NCBI RefSeq assembly: GCF_006345805.1
Contig: NC_043006.1
Coordinates: 36,828,001-36,892,000, forward strand
Length of the DNA: 64,000 bases
Source of the DNA: Octopus sinensis
Lineage: Eukaryota
Direction: 5' to 3'
Below the pieces are notes generated by a model that did not search any database, was not told the DNA's origin, and worked only from the letters and a program-made list of their open reading frames with translations. Shown one piece after another: positions 1-12,370 of this stretch. Every line of letters starts with the position of its first letter. Positions within the stretch are counted from its first letter, which is position 1. The position numbers and the translations under genes are program-made.

Positions 1-13
1 AATGACCATATAC

Positions 14-270
14 TATGCTTGTGTAGACCAATCAAGCCAAGTGAGACCATAGTTGTGGCTCATGCTGGGGTCAGGTCATTGGCACCTATGCCGGTGGCAT
101 GTAAAAAACACGCACTATACTCTTGGAGTGGTTGGTGTTGGGAAGGGCATCCAGCCATAGAAACTTTGCCAAATCAAATTGGAACCTGGAGCAGCCCCCG
201 CCTTACCACTTTTCAGTTAAACCATCCAATTCGTGTCAGCATGAAAAGCAGACATTAAATGATGATGATG
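14..270 (+). mobile_element. SINE family A copy, (GAT)n tail
   Basis: Shares GGTTGG..GGAAGGGCATCCAGC..AGAAAC and ends ATGAAAAGCAGACATTAAATGATGATG; related copies at 430-640, 6700-7125 (-), 8090-8540, 21060-21180, 58985-59155 (-). Confidence 0.7.
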
Positions 271-429
271 TGAGATAGAATGTTTTGGTTTCATTCTTTC
301 TAATCAGGAAGTTTTAAGTTCTGGAGGAAAAGACGAGAGTACTAATTCATTCTAAACATACAAAAAGGACTAAATTAAGAAATTTTTAGAATTCCTTAAT
401 TTTCTTGATTGTTCATACTACATTTAGCT

Positions 430-640
430 ACCCATGCAGGTGCCACATAAAAATCACTAGACGCACGCTGTAAAGTGGTTGGCATTAGGAAGGGCATCCA
501 GCCGTAGAAGCCTTGTCAAAACAGACGATTGAGCCTGGTGCAGCTCTCTGGCTTGCCAGTTCCTGTCAATCTGTCTAACCCATTCCAACATGGAAAACAG
601 ATGTTAAATGATGATGATGATGATAACGATGATGATGATA
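430..640 (+). mobile_element. SINE family A 3' part
   Basis: Same body and TAAATGATGATG tail as 14-270. Confidence 0.7.
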
Positions 641-777
641 CACTTTAGAAGCTGATAAGAAGAGAGATTTCACTGAGATGGAGGGCAAGTGTCTGCTACT
701 TTAGCCTAGGCCAGCTAAAGCCATTTTTGGGAGTGGATTTGGTACTTAGAAACTGAATGAAGCCCATCATATATATA

Positions 778-1314
778 GAGAGTGATTGAAAAGTAACTCC
801 TTATTTTAAAATACTTGTAAATTATTTATTAATTATAATTTTTATTAAAAAAGGAATATGAAAGGAAAACTTTTAGTATGAACTTTTATTTAAAATTCAA
901 TATGGGCTCCAGATGTCACCACCAGCTTCTTGAGTCACCTAGGAATTGTGTCAACAGATTTCACTAGGATCTCATGTGGGATAGAAGACACAACTTCTTG
1001 TATTTTCCCTTCAAGTTCTTCCAAAGTCTTTGGTTTGGTACAGCAGACTTGTTCCTTTAACCAACCCCAAAGAAAGAAATTATAGGGTGTTAAGTTGAGA
1101 CTCCTGGCTGACCACACATGTGGACCACAATGACCCACCTGTTTCCTGGGGAAGTGGGCATTCAACCATTCAGGAATGACAAGAGCAATATGTGGACGGA
1201 TGCCAATTTGCATGAAAATCAAATCTTCAGTATTCTCCCAAGCGCTGATAACTGGCCAGATCTTGTCTTGCAGTCTAGTGAGATAACAAGGGAGTTACTT
1301 TTCAATTACCTTGG
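778..1314 (-). mobile_element. Internally deleted Tc1/mariner element
   Basis: TIRs GTGATTGAAAAGTAACTCC (782-800) and GGAGTTACTTTTCAATTAC (1291-1309); ORF 935-1222 has decayed transposase C-terminus (WSARSLNLTPYNFFLWGWLKEQV, cf. WPARSPDLTP.DFFLWG.LK). Confidence 0.8.
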
Positions 1315-1335
1315 TGTGTGTGTGTGTGTGTATAA

Positions 1336-1670
1336 GTAGGGGGGACTCCGAAAGGGGTCTCAGGGAGTAGCGTCCCTGCCTTCTTGAGCTAGTTTTCCAC
1401 CACATTTCTTAAAAAATCGTGGTAGAGGCCTTGGTCTTGAGACCACTCGTGTCTAGAAGCTGTGGTTGGGGGTAAGCAAAGGCATGTTCCCTGTAGAAAA
1501 TCCAGCTCCAAAAAAAGCCTCATGATAGCAAAGGAGAATGGGCACCAGCCTGCCCAAAGGTTGGGATGGGCTGCACCTACCTACCTCTGTTGCTATGGCA
1601 TTAAGGTAGATCCAGCCACCCCCGATAACAGGGACAAAACCCAGATTTAAAACACTGGATGATGATGATG
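1336..1670 (+). mobile_element. About 330-bp retroposon-like repeat with (GAT)n tail
   Basis: Reverse-complement copy at about 6321-6629. Confidence 0.75.
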
Positions 1671-2708
1671 TATATATATATATATATATACACACACATA
1701 TACATACATACATACAGACATATATATATATATGTGTGTGTATAAAAAAGATAATGCAGTGTTTTGAGGGATCTATGACTGTTGTTTCCAGCAGTTTCAC
1801 TGACTATGTGTTCTAGCAGTGGTTTAAACTGCAGGATGGTGTTTGAGATGATGATGATGATGTGTTAGATGTGGGGGTGTAACAAGTTTAGTTATGGTGC
1901 AGTTGTAGTGAAAAAGAAGATTAATGAAAAAATAAAAAAATAAAAAATAAATAGAAAGAAATTTGAATAAGTATGTGGTGCCATTGCTTAGCAACAAAAG
2001 TTGTATATTTACAAGATGTGCTCTATATTACACAAGATATGTTGTATATGGTTAGATATATACAGGGATAGTGTGTGACATTTTTCAGACTTTGGTTTAT
2101 AGTTTTGGCTTATTTGAGTTGCTGTGGAGTGGGTGAGAGATTTCTTTTCTCCTGATAGGAATAAATCCTTTATCCACCCTTGCCCAGACCAACACCAATA
2201 CTCTGAAAATGATACTCTGGAATCTCTACTCCCTCTACCATCACCCCATCTTCACTAGTGTGTGTGTGTGTGTATGTACGCACACACGTGCACACATGTG
2301 AGAGAGAGAAAGAAGGAAAAAAGATAAACAGCTGTTTATGTGAACAATCATGCCACAGTGGCTAAGTTGTACTGGGTGGGTAGAGGAAACCGGTGGTGAT
2401 GGTAGTGGTTATGATAAAATGAAAGGTGGAGATTAAAAATAAAATTTTGACAAAAAGAGGAGGAGAGGTAGGCGTGGTAGTATTGGTATGGTTGTTATTG
2501 TAAATTTTGTTTTTGTATTTGGTTTGCAAGATTCTTGATGTGAATTCATGTGTTGAAACAAATCTTGCCATGTCTTGGGAGGGTTGTTATAACAACAACA
2601 ATACACAGGTTCAGTTCCACCTCTTTATTGTTAGTCACTTAGTTATATATCTAACCAACTAACTAATCAGTTGTTTGTGTAATGTGTTGGTTAAACAATC
2701 AATTGGTT

Positions 2709-2930
2709 CATTATTTACATTTGTCAGATATTTGTCCTCATCTTGTTTGTTGTTGACACAACATTTCGGCTGATATACCCTCCAGCCTTTAACAGGTGTC
2801 CTGGGGAAATTTCAAACCTGGGTTCTCATTCCTAAGATATTTTTCAATGTTATCATTATTCAGGTCACTGACTGGAATCAAACTCGGAATCTTGGGGCTA
2901 GTAGCCTGCGCTCTTAACCACTACGCCATG
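2709..2930 (-). mobile_element. tRNA-headed SINE with hammerhead-like motif
   Basis: Minus strand: A box TGGCGTAGTGG, B box GAGTTTGATTCC, then GACAC-CTGTTAA-A-GGCTG..CAGCC-GAAA-TG-TT-GTGTC (2755-2800). Confidence 0.75.
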
Positions 2931-2965
2931 TGAATAATAATAATAATAATAATAATAACAACATG

Positions 2966-3135
2966 GAGAAATACCTTAGGAATGAGAACCCAGGTTCAAA
3001 ATTTCCCCAAGACACCTGATGAAGGCTGGAGGGTATATCAGCCAAAACATTGTGTTAACCACAAACAAAATGAGGACAAATATCTGTCAAATGTAAACAA
3101 TATACATAATTCTTATTCTCTTAAATATAGAACTG
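2966..3135 (+). mobile_element. 5'-truncated inverted copy of the hammerhead SINE
   Basis: GACAC-CTGATGA-A-GGCTG-GAGGGTATAT-CAGCC-AAAA-CA-TT-GTGTT at 3011-3056; head-to-head with 2709-2930. Confidence 0.75.
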
Positions 3136-3499
3136 AATCAATTGATTGTTTTTTTAGTTCAAGTTCTTTCACTGGTGTTCACAGTGACCTTTTTAGTGAT
3201 TTACTGACATCCCCTATCTCTGCAAGGCCTGCTCTGTGACTTGGAAACTGATTGATTGTTTAACCAACACATTAAACAAACAATTGTTTAGTTGCTTGGT
3301 TAGATATTTAACCAGTTGGCTAACAATAAGAAGTGGTATTGAACTAGTGTGTATTATTATTATTATTATCATTATTATTATACCGACTCTCCCAACACAA
3401 GTGTTATTGTAAAGCAATAGTTAAATTTGGTAGAGATACGCATACATAAAAAGTATATTAATACATGACTGGTGTCAATATAAGAAGCATAATATGTTC

Positions 3500-3693
3500 T
3501 GTCTTGGGAGGGTCATTATGCCAGTATCATACACACAATGGTTCTATTTCACTTCTTTAATTTATTTTTTTCCATTTTGTCAATTGGTTAACTATTTCAC
3601 CAGTTAACTAATCAGTTGTTTGACTAATCATTCAAAGAAATTAAATAGAACTAGTGTGTGTATATTATTTGCATAATGACCCTCCTGAGATAC
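3500..3693. mobile_element. MITE
   Basis: TIRs TGTCTTGGGAGGGTCATTATGC / GCATAATGACCCTCCTGAGATACA. Confidence 0.65.
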
Positions 3694-3749
3694 AACAAAA
3701 TGTCTTTCAACACACAAGTTCACATCAAGACTCTTGCTGGCCAAATCAT

Positions 3750-4117
3750 GGCCCTCTGTCAGTTACAACGATAAGGGTTCCAGTTGATCTGATCAATGGA
3801 ACAACCTGCTCATGAAATTAATGTGCAAGTGGCTGAGTACTCCACAGACATGTGTACCTTTAACGTAGTTCTCGGGGAGATTCAGCATGACATAGAGTGT
3901 GATGAAGCTGGCCCTTTGAAATACAGGTACAAGAGAAACAGGAAGAAAGAATGAGAGAAAGTTGTGATGAAAGGGTACAGCAGGGTTCACCACCACCCTC
4001 TACTGGAGCCATGTGGATCTTTAGGTGTTTTCACTCAATAAACATTCACAACACCCTGTCTGGGAATCGAAACCTCGAGTCTGCTGCCCTAACCACTAGG
4101 CCATTGCGCCTCCACGC
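3750..4117 (-). mobile_element. tRNA-headed SINE family C
   Basis: Minus head GGAGGCGCAATGGCCTAGTGGTTAGGGCAGC..GGTTTCGATTCCC; body repeated at 36940-37170 and partly 11285-11390. Confidence 0.7.
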
Positions 4118-4879
4118 TGACCAAATACTAAAACAAAGTCTAGTATTGTTGTTATCATTTCAGTCCAGGTTATCTTGGGATTAAGTAGTCTTATAAATCA
4201 CTAAGTATTTGAGTCATAACCATCCAAACCCCTTCTGCTTTTCAGTTGTCATGTATCTTGGATTATGTCATCCAAAGTCCTGTCAGCAATTGTGTTTGTT
4301 TAAAGTGAATGTTCCCTACTCTCACATGTAAAGCTTTGTGCCAATGTTAGAAATTAAGATTATTATTTTTTAAGGTGACAAACTGGCAGAATCTTTTGGG
4401 TATCAAAAATAAAAAGCCTTGTGGTATGTCTTGCAGCTGTTTACATTCAGAATTTGAATTCTTCTGAGATCAACTTTGCTTTGAGTACTAGTCAGATACT
4501 AGGGTTGATGGTAACAGCTAAAATTCATCATCATCAACTCCTGGATATTAATCTCTCGAGTCCTAGAACTCATGGGGTCAGTTACTCAGTTTCCATGGCC
4601 TATAAGTGACTGAGGTCACAATATTCTCCCCAAACTAGATGCCAGGACCAGCATGAACTAAAGTGTTTTGACCAAAAACACAATGTGCAGCCTAGTCCTG
4701 GAATTAAAACTGATCTTGTGATTGAGTGCAAAAGCCTAACCACTGGGCCACATGCCTTTGCTAAAATTGCTGGCCTTGTGCAAACTTTTATTATTACTAT
4801 TGTTATTATTATTATTATTATTACTGTTTTTTCAATATTTATTTATTTTGTTTTACTTTTATTTTTCATTTTATTTTAG

Positions 4880-5559
4880 GTGAAACCAATTCAGTTGCCA
4901 AAGTCCTAGAGTCACAGGTTCGAATTCTATGCTGGGTGATGACCAACCCTAATAACATCAGAAAGAAGGCAATACATGTGAATGCAACATGGGGCCGGCG
5001 TTGCAACATATTGCTGTTCATGAGTTCTGCCGATGAACCTGTCAACTTGCCGATTGTGAAACTGCCAGTTTCAGAAGGCAGAGACAACCTATGGGCAAAA
5101 ACTAAGGAAGCTTTCAAGTATGTCTACAAACATCACATAAACAACTACGATTGGTTCTTCAAGGCAGACGATGACACCTATGCTATCATTGAAAACCTGC
5201 GGCATCTGCTCAGTGAGCATGACCACAACTCACCGATATTCTTTGGACGCAGGTTTAAGCCTTATGTGAAGCAAGGCTACATGAGTGGTGGTGCTGGCTA
5301 TGTGCTGAGTAAAGAGGCTGTGCGAAGGTTCATTGAGAATGGGCTCAACAACAAGAGTATCTGCCGTTCTGATAATGGTGGGGCTGAGGACGTGGAGATG
5401 GGAGCCTGCCTTGAGAGGGTTGGTGTCAAAGCCGGGGACTCACGGGATATCATGGGACGAGAACGGTTCCACCCTTTTGTACCAGAACATCATCTCATAC
5501 CAGATATTCTTCCAAGGGGGATGTGGTACATGAGTTTCAATTTCTACCCTGTAAGGCAG
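4880..5559 (+). CDS. C1GALT1: Core 1 beta-1,3-galactosyltransferase (T-synthase), large catalytic exon
   Basis: TTTTAG|GT acceptor and CAG|GTAAGA donor; translation VRILCWVMTNP..TWGRRCN..LWAKTKEAF..DWFFKADDDTY..FGRRFKPYVKQGYMSGGAGYVLSKEA..AEDVEMGACL..ERFHPFVPEHHL, typical of GT31 C1GALT1. Confidence 0.96.
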
Positions 5560-6320
5560 GTAAGAACCATTATTTTTATTAAATTTTTTCATAACTGTGT
5601 GTGTTTTTGTATATTAAAAAAAATGGTGTTAAAATCAAGTTTTTAAATGCATAAAAAATAACAAACATTAACTGAATAATGAATACAATACATTCTTGGA
5701 ATTTCCTCATTATCATTTTATGACTGGTTTCTATCCTGGAACTGGTTGGACAGTTGATCCATCATCATGTAAGTCCGGCTGTAGTTAGACATGAATATAG
5801 ATATATTTAACTACATGATTTTCATAGGATTACAGCTGTTTCACAACCTTCTTAGAAATTATGTGTACATGTTTGCATTAATGTGTGTGCTTGGAATTCT
5901 ACAATTGTATATTCACAAATTAATGCAAATAAAGAATGCCGTTGATGTAACAATAGGGTTCTGATGATTTGATGAGCTGACTGCATTATACAATTTGCCC
6001 TCCCTTCTTTTCTGTTCCCCTTTTATTTTTAATGATGTGTGATCTGAGGGAAATTGGGCTGTTATTTTTCACAGGTCAAACAACTACATAACTTTTAACT
6101 CTTTTACTTGTTTCAGGCATTGGACTGTGGCCATGCTGGGGCATCACTTTGAAGGGTATAATTGAACAAATCAATCTCAGTACTTATTTTAAAGACTGGC
6201 ACTTGATTTATCAGTCTATTTTGTCAAATCGCTGATTTACAGGGATGTAAACAAACCTGCACCAGTTGTCAAGTAGTGTGATGGACAAACACAGACTCAA
6301 AGAGTCATATATATATATAT

Positions 6321-6626
6321 ATCATCATCATCATCATCATCCAGTGTTTTAAATCCAGGTTTTGTTTCCGTTAACAGGGGTGGCCAGATCCACTTCAGTG
6401 CCATAGCAACTGAGGTAGGCAGGTGCAGCCAATCCCAACCTTTGGGCTGGCTGGTGCCCATTCTCCTTTGCTTTCATGAGGCTTTTTTGGAGCTGGATTT
6501 TCTAGTTTGTAGACATGAGCGGTCCTGAGACCAAGGCTTCTACCACAATTTTTAAGAAATGTGGTGGAAAACTAGCACAGGAAGATAGGGATGCTACTCC
6601 CTGAGACCCCTTTTGGAGCCCTCCTA

Positions 6627-6629
<3 letters not shown>
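6321..6629 (-). mobile_element. Inverted copy of the 1336-1670 repeat
   Basis: Reverse-complement similarity along its length. Confidence 0.75.
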
Positions 6630-6699
<70 letters not shown>

Positions 6700-6703
<4 letters not shown>

Positions 6704-7125
6704 CATCATCATCATCATAGTGTAATGTCCGCTTTCCATGCTGGCATGGGTTGGACAATTTGACTGAGGACTGGTGAGTTTCTACAGCTGGATGCCCTTC
6801 CTAATGTCAACCACTCCAAGAGTGTACTGGGTGCTTTTACATGCCACTGGCACGAGGGCCAGTCAGGTGGTTCTGGCAATGACCATGCTCAAAAGGTGTT
6901 TTTATGTGCTACCTGCACAGGAGCCAGTCTTGGTGGCACTGGCAAGGACCACGCTTGAATGTTGTTTTTCACGTGCCACTTGCACATGTGCTGGTAAGGC
7001 GACGCTGGCAATGATCACGCTCGAATGGTACTTTTCATATGTCACCGGTATGGGAGCCAATCCATGGCCCTGGCAATGATCACGCTCGGATGTGCTTTCA
7101 ACGCTCCACTGGCACGAGTGCCAAT
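6700..7125 (-). mobile_element. SINE family A with internal tandem units of about 60 bp
   Basis: (CAT)n tail; repeated GTGCCACTGGCAC..GGCAATGA.CACGCTC units. Confidence 0.65.
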
Positions 7126-9285
7126 CAGGATATATATGTATATATATACATATACACAGCATGCTTCCACACAGTTTCTGTCTACCAAATTCACTTGCAA
7201 GGCATTGTTTGGTCCAAGCTATAGCAGAAGAAACTTGCCCAAGATGCTGTGCAGTGGGCCTGAACCCAGAACCACATAATTACTAGGTGAACTTTGTAGT
7301 CACACAACCATAACATGGTGTAAAAATCAGTTTGTTGACACTTGATATTTATTTGCCATAAACACCATGTAAACTACTCAAAAACACAGGCTTTTTCTTA
7401 GTTTTGTATTTCTTTTAAAATTACACACAAATCCATCAACTTGTCCTCCTCAATCAATGCTCCAGCAATAGCCTTACTGTTATATTTGCCTGGCATGTGA
7501 CTTTATTTGATATTATCTGTTTGTAGTGAATCGATTACATTATAGCAAAATGTTTTATGATAATTGTGTAAATCTCCCATATGTTATATTTATCTTTTGT
7601 TCTGTTTTGCTTTGGTTTATGATATACTGTAGTTTTTATCTATTTGCATAATGTCACCTGATTGAAATTTCTATGCAAGTAACTGAATTTACTTAGTAGT
7701 TAATAAACAAATTTCAAATTCTCACTATATTGACCATAGTCAGTTATTATAGCAGTGTTAGTTGTTATTGTATAGTAAAACAAGGCAATGAGCTGGCAGA
7801 ATTGTTTCTGACTGGAAAAAATACTTAGTGACATTTTATATGTCTGTTTTGAGTTCAATTTCTACCAAGATTGACTTTGGCTTTCACCCTTTTGGGGGGG
7901 TCACTGAAATACATACTAGTTGAGTACTGGGATCAATGTAGTTTACTAGTCCCCTCCTTGCAAATTTCAGGCTTTATGCCTATAGTAGAAAGGATTATAA
8001 AAGAAAACAAGAAAACATTTAATTCCAGTTTGTTTGGCACACGCATAATTTAGGGTTCATACATGAAAGCTGTTTTTTTAATTTATATATTGGAGGCAAA
8101 GTGGCCGAATCCCTTTTGAATGTTGGGCTTGACAGAGGCAAAGTGGCCGAGTTCCTTTCGAGTATTTGGCTGAGTTCCTTTGGAGCACTGGGCCTCATGG
8201 AGGCAAAGTGGTTGAGTTTCTTTTGAGTGTTGTGCCTCATGGAGGCAATGGCTGAGACCTTTGACATTAAGTCATGCTTGATAAGAAGGCCCATAAAACT
8301 GAGCAAAATTGCAGTCGTGACAGATATCGGTGTTGCACAAATTGGCACCTGTGCCGGTGGCATGTAAAAGCACCCATTACACTCTCGGAGTGGTTGGCAT
8401 TAGGAATGGTATCCAGCTGTAGAAAACCATGCCAAATCAGACTGGAGTGTGGTGTAGCCTTCCAGTGTGCCAGCCTGGTCAAACTGCCAACCCATGCGAA
8501 CATGGACAACAAACATTAAATGATGATGGTGGTGATGATGAATTAATAAGATACCTACCTGGGTTCAAAATCCCTATTCCTTTACATTCTATCTGTGCGT
8601 GTGTGTGTGTGAGAGAAGGTACATGGTTTAGTGGTTAGGATATTTTGTTCACAATCATAAGGTTGTGAGTTCCATTCCTGGCATCCTGTTGTGTACTTGA
8701 GCAAGACACTTTATTTCACTTTGCTTCAGTCCACTCAACTGGCAAAAATGAGCTGTACCTGTAATTACAAAAAGTCCTGGGTTCAGTTTGTTTGACTAAA
8801 GGCAGTGCTCCAGCATGGCCACTGTCAAATGACTGAAACAAATAAAAGAATGTGAATACATACCATTGTCTAGACATGATGTGGTGGTTGTAAATGAGCA
8901 TGATCGTTATACAATCGAGGCTATTCATTTCCAGGAAACTGTATGGAAGCCTGCCATGTATATTTTTTTTTTACCTGACTTTATTATTCTTTCTCCTTTC
9001 TTTCCTCATCCTCCTCCCTCTGCCATGTCTACCACCTCCTCCTCCCTTATCTTTTCCCATCACCACCACCATCTGTGGGTAAGAAGTAATATATCAACCA
9101 CCTTAGCCAATCGATGGTCTGTTTAACTATCCCTAGTTTACCTGGGAATATTTTTAAAAAATTCTTTTAAATAAAAAAGTAAAATTTTTTTAATTAAAAA
9201 AAAGTTTTTTTTTTTTTTGAAATGTCATATCCTTTTATTTTGTCTTGTTTTTTTAATGTTGTTTCTTTCTTCTTTCTGCCTGCAG

Positions 9286-9612
9286 GGTCCTGACTGCTGC
9301 AGTGACTATGCTATTAGTTTTCACTATGTACCTCCCAACATGATGTACGTGCTCGAATACATGGTTTATCATCTTAAACCGTTTGGTCTACAGAATGAAT
9401 GCCTTGCTTCAGACAAATCCGACACTGCTGTTCAACGTCTTCCTCCGTCCAAAACTAAAAAAATTAGTACCACTAGTAGTAAAACCATTAAGAGTGATGA
9501 TAAAAATAATAATAATATTAAAAGTGATAAAAACTCTAAGAGTGACACAAAAAAACGAACGCCTAACGCTGCAAAAAACAAACCAAGTTCAAAGGTAGGA
9601 AACAAGAGCTAG
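9286..9612 (+). CDS. C1GALT1: C1GALT1 terminal coding exon
   Basis: Polypyrimidine tract and CAG|GGT, phase 0 matching the donor at 5559; [34 protein letters not shown] is the conserved C1GALT1 C-terminus; TAG at 9610-9612. Confidence 0.95.
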   Translation, partial: GPDCCSDYAISFHYVPPNMMYVLEYMVYHLKPFGLQNECLASDKSDTAVQRLPPSKTKKISTTSSKTIKSDDKNNNNIKSDKNSKSDTKKRTPNAAKNKPSSKVGNKS

Positions 9613-10230
9613 GGGCAAAAAAGTAAAAGCTAACACATGACTCAATTATAATAATAATAATGAAAATATTAATAATGATTATAATGATGATGATGATAAT
9701 CATGATGAGATTCACAAGAAAATCAATTGCAGCAATTATATGAACGAGTAGACACATTTTTATGAAACTGGTCTTACTGCTGCTGTCTGTCTGTCTGTTT
9801 GTCTTTTATATTTTTTTGCATTCCCCCTTTTTGTTTTCCTCTTTTGACTCCTCCTCCTCCTCCTCCTCCTCCCCCCCTTCTCCTTTACCCATGTTGTTCT
9901 TTGTCCTACTGTTGATGCAGATGTAAATGTGTGTGTGTGTGTGTATGTGTGTGTTCTGCATGTGTTGCACCCATGTGTTCTGTATTTGTCACACATGCTT
10001 TGTGTTTATGTGCATTTGTTGCACATGTGTATTGTGCCTTTGTTGCACATGTGTATATGTTGTGCACATTGCATAAGCATGTGTGTGTGCGTGTGTGTGT
10101 GTTTTGCATGCATGAATGAGTGTGTATCGTGCAAGTATGTGCCTTTCAAATGTGTGTATGTGTGTGTGAGAGAGAAAGAGAGAGAGAGAGAGAGGAGAGA
10201 GAGTGTTTGTGGTATACTTGTAAACATGTG

Positions 10231-10303
<73 letters not shown>

Positions 10304-10964
10304 CTGTCCATTTATTTGTTTGTCCATCTGCTGATAACACATAAAAATATTGACATTCCAGTTTTGAACTAAAACCATTACATGTGCAAACATACACACA
10401 CATACATACACATACATGTATCTAAATGCACACGTGTTCATTTAAATATGCATGTGTATGTACATGTGCGTACTGCACGCTCATTCATGTATATACTTGT
10501 TTCTCTTTCACTCAGTCTTTTTCATGTGTATATACATTTTGTATTAAAACATATATGCAACTGCATGTTCAAATGCAGTACAGCAACAGTGATGAGATGT
10601 GTTTCTTTCTATATTCTATTTTTCATATTTCCACACACACACACACACACATGTGCATGCATGCACAAACACACACACGCAGAGCTAGCTTTGTGTTTTG
10701 AATTGTTATTATGTATACCTTTTTTTTCCTTCACATTTCTGCTTTTCAAACTGATTAGCTGTGATAAACAGAAGCGTGAAACTCAGAGTGGGAATGGTAA
10801 ATGTTTGAGTATCTATATGAATAATGCATGTGTGTATGTGTGCGTGTTTGTATGTGTATGTATGCACATGCATTCACACAACACAGATATTTGCATTAAT
10901 AAGTTAGTATGTATAGACATGCATGTGTGTGTGTTGCATGCATGCATTTACATATGTTTAGAGA

Positions 10965-11032
10965 TATATATATATATGCAACTGCATGTTCAAATGCAAA
11001 TATATAAAATATATATATATATATACATATAT

Positions 11033-11095
<63 letters not shown>

Positions 11096-11219
11096 CAAAT
11101 ATATATATATATATATACAAATATCTACATATATACAAATATATATATATATATACAAATATCTACATATATACAAATATATATATATATATATATATAT
11201 ACAAATATCTACATATATC

Positions 11220-11257
<38 letters not shown>

Positions 11258-11626
11258 AATATATATATACACATATATATATATTAGCCTTCGAATGACG
11301 CCACCCCGCTGGCTAAGCGAGCAGGCCAACAGAAGAAAGAGTGGTGAAAGAGTACAGCAGGGATCACCACCCCCTGCCGGAGTGTCATGGAGCTAACGAT
11401 GATGATGATGATGATATATATATATATATATATACATATATACAATATATATATATATATACATATTACAAATATATATATATATATATATACAAATATA
11501 TATATTATATACATATATACAAATATATATATAATATATATAATATATACAAAATAATATATATATATACATATATACAAAATATATATATATATACATA
11601 TATACAAATATATATATATATATAAT

Positions 11627-11667
<41 letters not shown>

Positions 11668-11735
11668 AATATATATTATATATATACAAATATATATTAT
11701 ATATATATACATATATAAAATATATATACATATAT

Positions 11736-11814
<79 letters not shown>

Positions 11815-11822
11815 TACATATA
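10965..11822. repeat. Compound (AT)n / ATACAAAT microsatellite field
   Basis: Direct reading; interrupted by a SINE fragment at 11285-11410. Confidence 0.9.
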
Positions 11823-11824
11823 CA

Positions 11825-12370
11825 TGAAGGTGAGTCAAAAAGTAATGTCATTTTGTTTAGGACTGGTATAATTACCAACACAGGAACATGTATCATACAT
11901 CAAAATGAAGCTGGTCCTCTGTGGATCACATCCCTGCTTCTCAGCATAGTCACCGTTTCTCTCAATAGCAATGTCCCACCTTTGAATGAGAGCATGTATC
12001 CCTGTCCCGTAAAATTCTGTTGACTGTTCTTTGGGCCACTTCTTCTCTATAGTTTTCACTTCCTTCTCACCGGAATAATGTTTGCCTCTCAAACCCTTTT
12101 CCATGGGGTTGAAGAGAAGATAGTCCAGTGACGAGGAAGTGAAAACTGTAGTGAAGAAGTGGCTTAAAGAACAGTCAACAGAATTTTGCAGGGCAGGGAT
12201 ACATGCTCTCATTTGAAGGTGGAACATTGCTATTGAGAGAAACGGTGACTATGTTGAGAAGTAGGGATGTGATCAGAGGACCAGCTTCATTTTGATGTAT
12301 TACACATGTTCCTGTGTTAGTAATTATACCTGTCCTAAACAAAAGGGAATTAGTTTTTGAGTCATCCTCG
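11825..12370. mobile_element. Foldback mariner derivative made of two inverted transposon 3' ends
   Basis: Arms of about 250 bp are reverse complements; each encodes the mariner C-terminus ([36 protein letters not shown]). Confidence 0.85.

Larger units (their letters stand above)
2571..3400. mobile_element. Palindromic MITE-like element (TGTCTTGGGAGGGT ends) interrupted by the hammerhead-SINE pair
   Basis: Start TGTCTTGGGAGGGTTGTTAT, end ACCGACTCTCCCAACACA; relatives at 3500-3693 and about 23140-23825. Confidence 0.6.

Noticed and set aside
4936-5646. ORF taken as a complete 236-aa gene
   Set aside because: It is an internal exon; residues after 5559 are intron readthrough
9217-9285. Apparent signal peptide before GPDCC
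   Set aside because: Translation of the intron polypyrimidine tract
9900-11900. Long ORFs (up to 301 aa) rich in YI/CV/HT
   Set aside because: Translations of AT/GT/CA microsatellites; same for 14150-14470, 17970-18350, 27680-28300, 61400-61800
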